The translations under genes and the position numbers were made by a program. From contig OZ241867.1 in the NCBI GenBank assembly GCA_965203175.1, positions 2,944,001-3,008,000 on the forward strand: a stretch of 64,000 bases of DNA, read 5' to 3'. Positions 47,754 through 60,959 of the stretch are shown here, one piece after another (within the stretch, counting starts at the first letter, position 1; each line of letters opens with the position of its first letter). The notes beneath the pieces are model-generated. The model saw only the letters and a list, made by a program, of their open reading frames with translations, was not told the origin of the DNA and searched no databases. This DNA is from Candidatus Latescibacterota bacterium (lineage in GTDB: Bacteria; Latescibacterota; UBA2968; UBA8231).

Positions 47754-49186
47754 GTGCCGTAGAAATAAGGCTTGAGGACGTGCGGTTTTACATGCGGAAT
47801 GTGCATACCCGCATGCCTTTCAAATACGGCGCGGCTGTGCTGACTGCCGTGCCGATCCTCCACGTGGTGGCTCACGGTGAGCTAAAAAACGGCACTCCGG
47901 TGAAAGGGGTTGCAGCCGACATTCTCCCACCTAAGTGGTTCGATAAGGACCCGGCCAAAAGTTACGAAGACAATGTCGCCGACTTGCTGTGGGCGGCGCG
48001 TGCGGCGCGGTCGGCGTACTTGGATGCGGCGCGGTCGCCCGCGTCGTTCTTTGCCATATGGCAAGCCGGTTATGCGCAGACGGTATCCGCTGGCGACGCG
48101 CACGGCCTGAATCGGTTGACGGCCGTCCACGGCAGTACGCTGATGGAGCGCGCCCTGATCGACTCGGTGGGGTGCGGTGTGGGCGCGAGTTACTTTGAGT
48201 CGCTCAAGGCCAATCTCCTAGGCTTGGATCTGGGAGCGATTCACCCCGAACTGCAAGGGGTAGATCCCTGCCAAGTGATAGGGGCTGCGCCGCTGGCGCA
48301 TTTGCACGTGCGGCACACGGTGGGATTGGCCGATCCGATTGTCCCAAGCGACATTGCGCCCGAGGAGCGGTTAGACGATGGGTTGCCGCAGTCGCTGGCC
48401 GATTGCGTCGAGCGCCAAGGGTTGACGTATTTCAAAGTCAAGGTAAACGGCGATTTGGAAGCCGACTTGGCGCGGTTGGCTGCGATTGCCGAGCTGTTGG
48501 ACGGGCGCGCCGCCGAGTACAAGGTCACGCTCGACGGCAACGAGCAATACCGTGAAATGGACGCGCTCATTGGCTTGATCGAGGCCCTTGCAGCCGAGCA
48601 GCCGCGTTTGTACGAGCGCATCCTCTACGTCGAGCAGCCCCTAGAGCGAAGCGTGGCTTTGGATGCTGCACTGGAACCGGGCATCCGGGCCGCGGCTGCG
48701 CGTCGTCCCTTGCTCATCGACGAGTCGGACGATGCGCAGGACACCTTCCGTCAGGCTTTGGCGCTGGGATACAAGGGCGTTTCGTCCAAAGCGTGCAAAG
48801 GGCTGGTCAAGGCGCTGGCCAATCTGGCGTTGGCGCGGCAGTGGGAGGGTTGTTTTCTCTCGGGCGAGGACCTGATGAACCTGCCGGTGGTGCCCCTGCA
48901 CCAAGATTTGGCGCACGTGGCGGCCTTGGGGATCGGGCACGTTGAACGCAACGGACACCACTACGTGCGGGGGTTGGATCACTTGACCGCAGACGAGCAG
49001 GCGGCCTGCTTGGCCACGCACGGACAACTCTATCGGGAGATGGACAGTGGGTTGGTGGCCTTGGATGTGCGAGAGGGAAAGATCGAGGTGGGGTCGCTGC
49101 AAGTGGCGGGTTTGGGCGTGGGTATGCCAGTGGCTGTGGATGAGATGGTGGAATTGGAGGAATGGGAATTTGCGTCGTTGGCCTGA
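47750..49186 (+). CDS. Enolase-superfamily protein of unknown function, paralogue B
   Basis: RMPFKYG; FKVK; LDGNE, VEQP, IDES; HVERNGHHY; GTGA overlap with paralogue A. Confidence 0.7.
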   Translation: MSAVEIRLEDVRFYMRNVHTRMPFKYGAAVLTAVPILHVVAHGELKNGTPVKGVAADILPPKWFDKDPAKSYEDNVADLLWAARAARSAYLDAARSPASFFAIWQAGYAQTVSAGDAHGLNRLTAVHGSTLMERALIDSVGCGVGASYFESLKANLLGLDLGAIHPELQGVDPCQVIGAAPLAHLHVRHTVGLADPIVPSDIAPEERLDDGLPQSLADCVERQGLTYFKVKVNGDLEADLARLAAIAELLDGRAAEYKVTLDGNEQYREMDALIGLIEALAAEQPRLYERILYVEQPLERSVALDAALEPGIRAAAARRPLLIDESDDAQDTFRQALALGYKGVSSKACKGLVKALANLALARQWEGCFLSGEDLMNLPVVPLHQDLAHVAALGIGHVERNGHHYVRGLDHLTADEQAACLATHGQLYREMDSGLVALDVREGKIEVGSLQVAGLGVGMPVAVDEMVELEEWEFASLA

Positions 49187-49194
49187 GCTAGGAG

Positions 49195-51591
<2,397 letters not shown>

Positions 51592-51613
51592 TTTGGCGCG
51601 GAATGAGATAGAT

Positions 51614-52474
51614 ATGACTGCTACTTGGCGCGACTACTGGGAACTGACTAAACCGCGAATTGCCTTTTTGGTGCTGGTTACGGCCGCCTTGGGGTTTTTC
51701 TTGGGCGGGCAAGGAATCCACGCGCCGCTGCTTTTTGGCTGCCTGCTCGTCGGCACGGGCTTGACCACATGCGGCTCGTCGGTGCTCAACCACTATCTGG
51801 AGCGCGATGTCGATGGGTTGATGAAGCGCACGCGCAATCGCCCCTTGCCGACCGGCCGCGTCAAGCCGGGTACGGCTCTGTCGATGGGGTTTGTGCTGGT
51901 TCTAAGCGGCGTGTTTTTCCTGCTGTTTACCGCCGGGTTGTTGACGGCGTTTTTGGCGCTCCTATCTGCGTTTCTCTACGTGGTGGTGTACACCCCGATG
52001 AAGCGGCAAAATTGGCTCAATACCTCGCTGGGGGCCGTGCCGGGTGCCCTACCGCCCGTAGGGGGCTGGACAGCGGCGACTGGCGCGATTGATCCGGGGG
52101 CCGTGGTCCTGTTTCTCATTCTCTTTGCTTGGCAGCACCCGCACTTTTACGCCATTGCTTGGATCTTCCGCGACGACTACCGGCGCGGTGGTTTCAAGAT
52201 GTTGCCTGTCGTCGAGCCAGATGGGAACAGCACCTGCTGGCAGGTGATGGGCTACTTAGTGCTGTTGCTGATCTTTTCGGTGCTGCCTTCGTTCATGGGG
52301 CTCACCGGGCCGTTCTATCTAGCTGGGGCGCTGGTATTGGGCGCGTTGTTTCTCGCCTCCGGTCTCGCGCTTAGCTTTTCGCGCTCGGTGGCTAGTGCGC
52401 GACGGCTGCTCAAAGCTTCGGTCCTCTACCTGCCGCTACTGTTGGTGTTGAGCGTGGTGGATGCCGGATTTTAG
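51614..52474 (+). CDS. cyoE: Protoheme IX farnesyltransferase (heme O synthase)
   Basis: LTKPRI, N...ERD.D..M.RT..RPLP.G, YT.MKR, GA.PGALPP..GW, WQ.PHF, DY..GG..MLP. Confidence 0.95.
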   Translation: MTATWRDYWELTKPRIAFLVLVTAALGFFLGGQGIHAPLLFGCLLVGTGLTTCGSSVLNHYLERDVDGLMKRTRNRPLPTGRVKPGTALSMGFVLVLSGVFFLLFTAGLLTAFLALLSAFLYVVVYTPMKRQNWLNTSLGAVPGALPPVGGWTAATGAIDPGAVVLFLILFAWQHPHFYAIAWIFRDDYRRGGFKMLPVVEPDGNSTCWQVMGYLVLLLIFSVLPSFMGLTGPFYLAGALVLGALFLASGLALSFSRSVASARRLLKASVLYLPLLLVLSVVDAGF

Positions 52475-53044
52475 GAGTGCGGCTTGCGCCCGCTCGTACT
52501 CTTCGGGCGCGTTGAGATTGGCAAAAAGCAGGCCGCGGTCGTCGTAGGGCCGCCAATCCTTTTCTCTTACCAGATCCAAATTCAGATTGCTCAATAGGTC
52601 TCGCATGCCGAGCTGACCGGCCTGTATGGCGGCTTCTACGGCCGTTAAGCAAGACGGCTCGTAGAGCGCACAGAGCGGTTGCAGCCCTGTGGCCGCGTAG
52701 GGCACGACCGCTTGATGCAGCCCGCGCCGGTTGACGAGGTGGCGGAGGAAGTCCGGAGTGAGAAAGGGCAAGTCGCAGGCGAGGAGGAGCACGGGTGCGC
52801 CGGTTGTGCTGAGCGCAGTGTACAGGCCGCCTAGCGGCCCAAGTCCGGGACGGTGGTCGGGATGGACGGGCAGCCCGAGATGGGTATAGGCAACAGAGTC
52901 ACCGATGATGACGCGGGGATAGCCGAGGGGACGCGCCGCAGCGAGGACGCGCTCAATCAGAGTCTGGCCGCCTAGTTGCAGGAGGGCCTTGTCGCGGCCC
53001 ATGCGTCGGCTCTGGCCGCCAGCTAGCACGGCGACGTGGATCAT
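52436..53044 (-). CDS. mobA: Molybdenum cofactor guanylyltransferase MobA-like nucleotidyltransferase
   Basis: LAGGQSRRMG.DKA, GPLGGL..AL, ACDLPF, PLCALY, NLN.PEE. Confidence 0.85.
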   Translation of the reverse strand: MIHVAVLAGGQSRRMGRDKALLQLGGQTLIERVLAAARPLGYPRVIIGDSVAYTHLGLPVHPDHRPGLGPLGGLYTALSTTGAPVLLLACDLPFLTPDFLRHLVNRRGLHQAVVPYAATGLQPLCALYEPSCLTAVEAAIQAGQLGMRDLLSNLNLDLVREKDWRPYDDRGLLFANLNAPEEYERAQAALLKSGIHHAQHQQ

Positions 53045-53805
53045 TCGGGGCGCTGGCTGGGGCGGCGATTGATCTGGGCAGCCGCGTACCCTGCGCCAAA
53101 GCCGTTGTCGATATTGACGACAACCACGCCGGCCGCACAGGAGTTGAGCATGGCCAAGAGAGCGGCGAGGCCGTGGAAACTCGCGCCGTACCCCACGCTA
53201 GTTGGCACGGCCACGACTGGAATATCCACCAGCCCGCCGACGACGCTGGCGAGCGCGCCCTCCATCCCGGCGACTACGACGATGGCCCGCGCCTGCTGCA
53301 AGAGCTCGCGGTACGCTAGGAGTCGGTGCAGACCGGCGACGCCGACATCGCAAACCTCCTCGACATGCGTGCCCATAGCGCGGGCCGTGACGACGGCTTC
53401 ACGGGCCACGGGCAAGTCCGAGGTGCCGGCTGCGACTACGGCCACTAGGCCCTCGGGCGTGGGGCGTTCGGTTCCTGGTACTAGAACCGTGCGGGCGAGA
53501 GGGTCGTGCTCGGCGCGGTCAAAGCGCTCGACGAGTGCTTGGGCCGTGGCTGTTTCGACGCGGGTGGCTAGCACCTGTGCACCATCCGCGGCTATGCGCT
53601 CGGCGATGGTCAGCACCTGCTCGCAGGTCTTGCCTTGGCCGAAAATGACTTCCGGGAACCCAGTCCGCAGGGCGCGGTGGTGATCGACATGGGCAAACCC
53701 GAGGTTTTCAAAGGGCAGGTTTCTAAGCCGCTCTAAGGCTTGACTCGGCGCGAGGTCTCCGGTGGCGACTCGCTCTAATAGATGGCGGAGTTGTTCTTGG
53801 TCCAT
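53041..53805 (-). CDS. larB: Nickel-pincer cofactor biosynthesis protein LarB
   Basis: DHHR..RTGFPEVIFG.GKT, AGTSD.PVA.EA, DVGVAGLHRL, VAGMEGAL.SVV.GL, PTSVGYG, CAAG..VVNIDNGFGA. Confidence 0.92.
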   Translation of the reverse strand: MDQEQLRHLLERVATGDLAPSQALERLRNLPFENLGFAHVDHHRALRTGFPEVIFGQGKTCEQVLTIAERIAADGAQVLATRVETATAQALVERFDRAEHDPLARTVLVPGTERPTPEGLVAVVAAGTSDLPVAREAVVTARAMGTHVEEVCDVGVAGLHRLLAYRELLQQARAIVVVAGMEGALASVVGGLVDIPVVAVPTSVGYGASFHGLAALLAMLNSCAAGVVVVNIDNGFGAGYAAAQINRRPSQRPE

Positions 53806-53821
53806 GGCTGGGAATCTGGGA

Positions 53822-55210
53822 TCAACGGCAGCAGCGGAAGCCAAGGAGGGGCTGCTCGTAGTTTTGCAAGGGCGAGTCGGCGATGATTTCCGTTAAGACC
53901 CCTATATCATATGGATCTTGGCCTCCGATGGATAGGGTGCTCACAAGGGTCGCACCGTCGCAGGCACCACTCGAATATACGCTGCTTGCTGCGACGTACA
54001 CTGCTAGGTCGCCGGCGTCGTCGATAGCGGCGACCCATTCGTCCATGTTGCCCGTCAAGTCAAAGACGCCGGTCGCGCCGCCGCAGTTGGGAAACGAGCC
54101 AGAGGGCGCGAGTTGTTCGGCTGGGTCGCTGCTGAATTGGGAGAAGGCCGAACCCGGCACGTTGCAGAAGCGCATGCCAAAGTGGTCGCGGCTGTCGTAG
54201 GCAGCCAAATCGTCGGTCGAAGAAAAGTTCCGCATTTGGCCGGCTTGACAAGCAGCGCCCCACTCGCTTGGGCTGCACAGGCGCTTGTCCTCGGCCGCAC
54301 ACAGGCGCGCCGCTTGGAAAAACGAAGCGGACTGCGGCCGCTCGCCCCTAGCGTTGGGATATTCGTACGCGTCAATTTCGTATGTTTGACTGGTGGTTGG
54401 CAGAACCAGGCGCACCATGCCGCCAGCCGGCAAGGGCGGTTCGATTGGAACGTGGAGGGCGATTTCGCGCTCTATGGTCGCCGCGCCGTCGCTCGCAGAA
54501 ACGCGCAGTTTGTGGTCGCCGGGAAAAAAGGCTACGACGACGGCGCGCGATCCGATTTGCCGACCGGTTTCCTCGTCGCGGATGGCCTCTGGCCAAATGC
54601 TGAGGCTGTCCTGTCCGGCGACCTCTTCCCAGTGGTATTCGAGCCGATCGCCGTCTGGATCGCTGCCAAACGCGTCGATAACTATCTGCGGCGCGCTAAA
54701 CGCGCTAGTCGCGTCGGCGGTTACTTCCAACACGGGTTCGCGCTGCACGACCTCTATGAGGAAGTTTTCGACCAGCACCCGCGCGTCTTCGGCGCAGCGC
54801 TGGCGGTCGGCTAGATCGGGTACGGCATTGGCATTGCAGTTGCGGTCGGTTATGAGGACCTGCACGACAAATTGTTCGGTGGAGCCGACGCTTTGAGGGG
54901 CGAACCAAGAGTTGGTCTCTTGGGCCAGCGAATCGCGGAAGCTGCCTCCGGCTGAGGCTCTCCACTGGTAAAACAGGGGATCGTCGTCTTCGTCGGCCGC
55001 GCGGATTTCAAAACGAACCTCGCCGCCGCGCTGGACCTGGCAGGCCACATCCGCGCTATTGAGCAGGGTATCTGGGAAAGCCTTGTCCGGAGACTGGCAG
55101 ATCATCCGCGCCAAGTGCACGGTCGGAGGGTCGTTGGGAAGCTCGTCGTGGAGCACGCTGCAGGCACCGAAAGCGAGGAAAGGGACCAAAAGGCACCAAC
55201 CAAGGTTCAT
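53822..55210 (-). CDS. Lipoprotein with Ig/PKD-like repeats and a C-terminal FGE/SUMF1-like domain
   Basis: Lipobox-like FGAC; D.DDDPL.Y.W and DPDGD.L.Y.W repeats; IDAYEYPN, KRLC...EW..AC, GVFDLTGN..EW, GFRCC. Confidence 0.65.
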   Translation of the reverse strand: MNLGWCLLVPFLAFGACSVLHDELPNDPPTVHLARMICQSPDKAFPDTLLNSADVACQVQRGGEVRFEIRAADEDDDPLFYQWRASAGGSFRDSLAQETNSWFAPQSVGSTEQFVVQVLITDRNCNANAVPDLADRQRCAEDARVLVENFLIEVVQREPVLEVTADATSAFSAPQIVIDAFGSDPDGDRLEYHWEEVAGQDSLSIWPEAIRDEETGRQIGSRAVVVAFFPGDHKLRVSASDGAATIEREIALHVPIEPPLPAGGMVRLVLPTTSQTYEIDAYEYPNARGERPQSASFFQAARLCAAEDKRLCSPSEWGAACQAGQMRNFSSTDDLAAYDSRDHFGMRFCNVPGSAFSQFSSDPAEQLAPSGSFPNCGGATGVFDLTGNMDEWVAAIDDAGDLAVYVAASSVYSSGACDGATLVSTLSIGGQDPYDIGVLTEIIADSPLQNYEQPLLGFRCCR

Positions 55211-56082
55211 TCGCTGTCGATCATTAGGTCGAGTAGTCGCTCTAGATCGCTATCGCTGTAGAATGCGATCTGGATCGCCCCCTTGTTCGCCGCTGTGCGA
55301 CGAATGTTGACCGCTGTGCCGAAGCGGTGTTGCAACCGCTCCTCATAGTCGCGGATGTGGGGGTCGCTGGGGGCTTCTTTAGAAGCCTTCTTTTTTTTGC
55401 GGCCTACACGCTGATTGGCGACCACCTTTTCGACTTCGCGGACAGCCATTTTTTCTTCGACCGCCCGGCGGCCTAGCGCGAGCCGGTCTTCGTCTTCTTC
55501 AAGACCGAGCAGGGCGCGGGCGTGCCCCATCTGCAATTGGCCGCGGCGCAAGAATTCTTGGACTTCGTGCGGCAATTGCAACAGCCTGAGGAGATTGGTC
55601 ACGGTCGAGCGATTTTTCCCCACCTTGCGGGCGACTTCCTCTTGCGTGAGGAAGCACTTGTCGGTCAGCGAGCGGTAGCCTTCGGCCTCTTCGATTGGGG
55701 TCAGGTCTTCGCGCTGGATGTTCTCGATCAGCGACAGCTCCATCAAATCTTGCTGAGACTCGATTTCGTGGACGATCGCTGGTATTTCTTGGATCCCCGC
55801 CTTCTTGGTGGCCCGCCAGCGGCGCTCGCCAGCGATGATCTGGTAGTTCTGACCGATGCGGTTGACGGTGATGGGCTGGATGACGCCTTTCTCTTGGATC
55901 GAGTGCATCAGTTCGTCGATGCTCTCCTCGTCGAACTCGGTGCGGGCTTGATAGGGATTGGGTTCAATCTCGTCGACGTTGAGATAGATGATCTGGCGCG
56001 AGGCGTCGCCTTGGCTGCTAGGTTCGGCATATTCCGGGATGAGGGCGCTGATGCCCTTGCCGAGGACCGGCTTCTTACCCAT
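55207..56082 (-). CDS. parB: Chromosome partitioning protein ParB
   Basis: [41 protein letters not shown] region. Confidence 0.96.
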   Translation of the reverse strand: MGKKPVLGKGISALIPEYAEPSSQGDASRQIIYLNVDEIEPNPYQARTEFDEESIDELMHSIQEKGVIQPITVNRIGQNYQIIAGERRWRATKKAGIQEIPAIVHEIESQQDLMELSLIENIQREDLTPIEEAEGYRSLTDKCFLTQEEVARKVGKNRSTVTNLLRLLQLPHEVQEFLRRGQLQMGHARALLGLEEDEDRLALGRRAVEEKMAVREVEKVVANQRVGRKKKKASKEAPSDPHIRDYEERLQHRFGTAVNIRRTAANKGAIQIAFYSDSDLERLLDLMIDSE

Positions 56083-56842
56083 GGTCGATCACTTCTCCTG
56101 CGAGGCTCATGTAATCCTGAGATCCCTGCGACAAGATGTCGTAGAGTACGATGGGTTGGCCGTGGCTAGGGGCCTCGGCCAGACGCACGTTGCGGCTGAT
56201 GGAGGTCTTGTAAACCTTGTTGCCGAAATAGGACTTGACCTCTGAAGATACTTGGCGCGATAGGTTCAAGCGTCCGTCGAACATAGTGAGCAGGACGCCG
56301 GCGATCTGGAGCTTGGGGTTGAGATGGCGTTGGATTTGGCGCACGGTGTTGAGCAGTCGGCCAAGGCCCTCTAGCGCGTAGTACTCGCACTGAATGGGTA
56401 TCATCACCGAGTCGGCCGCGGTTAGGGCGTTGAGGGTCAGTAGTCCCAAAGAAGGCGGACAGTCGAGAATGACAAAGGCGTATTGGTCGCGGACTTGGTC
56501 GAGCAGCCCGTCCAACTTCTGCTCGCGGGCGATCATGTTGACCATCTCGACCTCGGCGCCCGTCAGGTTGATGTGCGAGGGAATCAAGGACAGGAAGGAT
56601 ATCTTGGTCTCGTAGGTGACCTCGGCAGTCTCCTTTTGCCCGATCAGCGCGTGGTAGATATTGGATGTTTCGACTTCCTCGCTGTTTTGAAAGCCGCAGC
56701 CCGAAGTGGCGTTGGCCTGCGGATCCATGTCGATGAGCAGGGTCTTTTGTTCGGCCACGGCGAGGCAGGCCGCCAAGTTGACGGCTGTAGTAGTCTTGCC
56801 GACTCCTCCTTTTTGGTTGGATATGGCGATGACCCGGCTCAT
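56075..56842 (-). CDS. parA: Chromosome partitioning ATPase ParA/Soj
   Basis: [48 protein letters not shown]. Confidence 0.97.
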   Translation of the reverse strand: MSRVIAISNQKGGVGKTTTAVNLAACLAVAEQKTLLIDMDPQANATSGCGFQNSEEVETSNIYHALIGQKETAEVTYETKISFLSLIPSHINLTGAEVEMVNMIAREQKLDGLLDQVRDQYAFVILDCPPSLGLLTLNALTAADSVMIPIQCEYYALEGLGRLLNTVRQIQRHLNPKLQIAGVLLTMFDGRLNLSRQVSSEVKSYFGNKVYKTSISRNVRLAEAPSHGQPIVLYDILSQGSQDYMSLAGEVIDHG

Positions 56843-56851
56843 GACAGAAAC

Positions 56852-59482
<2,631 letters not shown>

Positions 59483-59648
59483 TGCTTTCCTATTCTATAG
59501 CTAATGCGTTTTGAATCGAGAGGGCATCACGGCCTTGACAGCCTTTGCCGCTGAAATTGAGAAGGGGGCGAATTGGGGTGTTGGGAAGAGTCAAGGGGCG
59601 AACATGCTCGGTGCTTCGAGGAACGGCCTCACAGGGCTGAAAGGGCTG

Positions 59649-59677
59649 AATATATCCCAAAGGAGAGGTTCGTGCAA
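59649..59677 (-). promoter_or_regulatory. Sigma70-type promoter upstream of ppdK-parA-parB
   Basis: Minus strand TTGCAC-N17-TATATT, about 165 nt upstream of the ppdK ATG. Confidence 0.5.
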
Positions 59678-59680
59678 GCA

Positions 59681-60700
59681 TTACGCCCACACTTGCTCCC
59701 ACCGCTGGCTGGCGGCCGAGCGATAGAGGGCCAAGGCAGTGCGCAGCTCGCCGAGGGCGTGTTCTGGCGGTGCGTCCGGGGCCTTGCCATCGAGGACGGC
59801 AGCGGCAAAATCGGCCAACTCCGGTCCAAAGGATTCGGTGTAACCTGGGCTGGCAAAAAGTCGCTTGCCTTCGGGATGGTCTGCGTCCCACAGCCAGAGT
59901 TCAGCGCCGTCGAGACCGGCGTTGATGGTCAGTTCACCCTTGGTGCCGGTAATTCGCCACCAAGGGTCCGGGGCAAAGACTGTGTCGATCATCATGGCGT
60001 CGAAGATGGCGGTCTTGCCCGAGTCGAAGCGGAAGAGCGCGCGGGCGAGGGACTCGCCCTCCATTTGCGCGAGCGGATGCCCCAGCACGCCGACCACCTC
60101 TTTGATTTCGCCCATCCACATGCGCAAGGGCCGGATCCAGTGCGAGCCGCCGTCGATGGCGATGCCGCCGCCGGTGCGCCCCTTTTCGTAGCGCCAGGGC
60201 CGCTCTTCCTTGAACCAGTAGTCGTCAAAGGGATAGACAAAGGCCGCGCGGGCGGTGATGATCTCGCCGATGGCTCCGGCTGCAAGGTGCTTTTGGGCCT
60301 CGACTATTTCGGGCCAGTACTGGCTGTTTTCCGCGACCATGAAGACGCCTGGGGCCGCGCTGGCGGCAGCGAGAATGCGGTCGCAGGCGTCGAGGGTGGG
60401 AGCCATGGGCTTTTCCAAGAGCACGTGCTTGCCAGCGGCGAAGCACTGGAGGGCGATGGACTCGTGTAGATCGTGGGGCAACATGATATCGACGGCGTCG
60501 AAGTCCCCCTTTTCGAGCGCTTCGTCGAGCGAGGTAAAGACTTGCCCTCCGGTTTCAGTGGCGTAGGCTTGAGCTTTGGACTCGTCGAGATCGACTAAGG
60601 CGGTGACATCAATGCGGGGAGCGTGGCCCTTGATGCCGTCGAGGTGAAAGCGAGCGATTGCACCGCAGCCAATAAAGGCGAGCTTAAGTTTGTCCGACAT
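59681..60700 (-). CDS. Gfo/Idh/MocA-family NAD(P)-dependent oxidoreductase
   Basis: IGCGAIA, P...H, AGKHVLLEKP, WR.....GGG..ID.GSH. Confidence 0.9.
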   Translation of the reverse strand: MSDKLKLAFIGCGAIARFHLDGIKGHAPRIDVTALVDLDESKAQAYATETGGQVFTSLDEALEKGDFDAVDIMLPHDLHESIALQCFAAGKHVLLEKPMAPTLDACDRILAAASAAPGVFMVAENSQYWPEIVEAQKHLAAGAIGEIITARAAFVYPFDDYWFKEERPWRYEKGRTGGGIAIDGGSHWIRPLRMWMGEIKEVVGVLGHPLAQMEGESLARALFRFDSGKTAIFDAMMIDTVFAPDPWWRITGTKGELTINAGLDGAELWLWDADHPEGKRLFASPGYTESFGPELADFAAAVLDGKAPDAPPEHALGELRTALALYRSAASQRWEQVWA

Positions 60701-60959
60701 GAAATAAGTCTCCGATGACATAGGTGAATTAAGGCTGGGAAAATACGCAATGGAGACACGGGGAATCAATAGAGCGGGCGAGATCTATAGCGGAGAAGGG
60801 ATGGGAAGTGGAGATAGACCGCGCTACCGCTACGCGACGAAATTCCCGAAGAAATAATTTGCCTTTGCGCGGCAGCCCGCTACGAGATTACTTATTGGGT
60901 AGCGAGGTAGCGGGATCGGGTGCTTGGGGGTAGATTTAGGCCAAAATAAGGAGCTAGCC

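Noticed and set aside
52436-52474. Convergent 39-bp overlap of cyoE and mobA as an antisense system
   Set aside because: Short 3' overlaps are common in compact genomes; probably a stop-codon shift.
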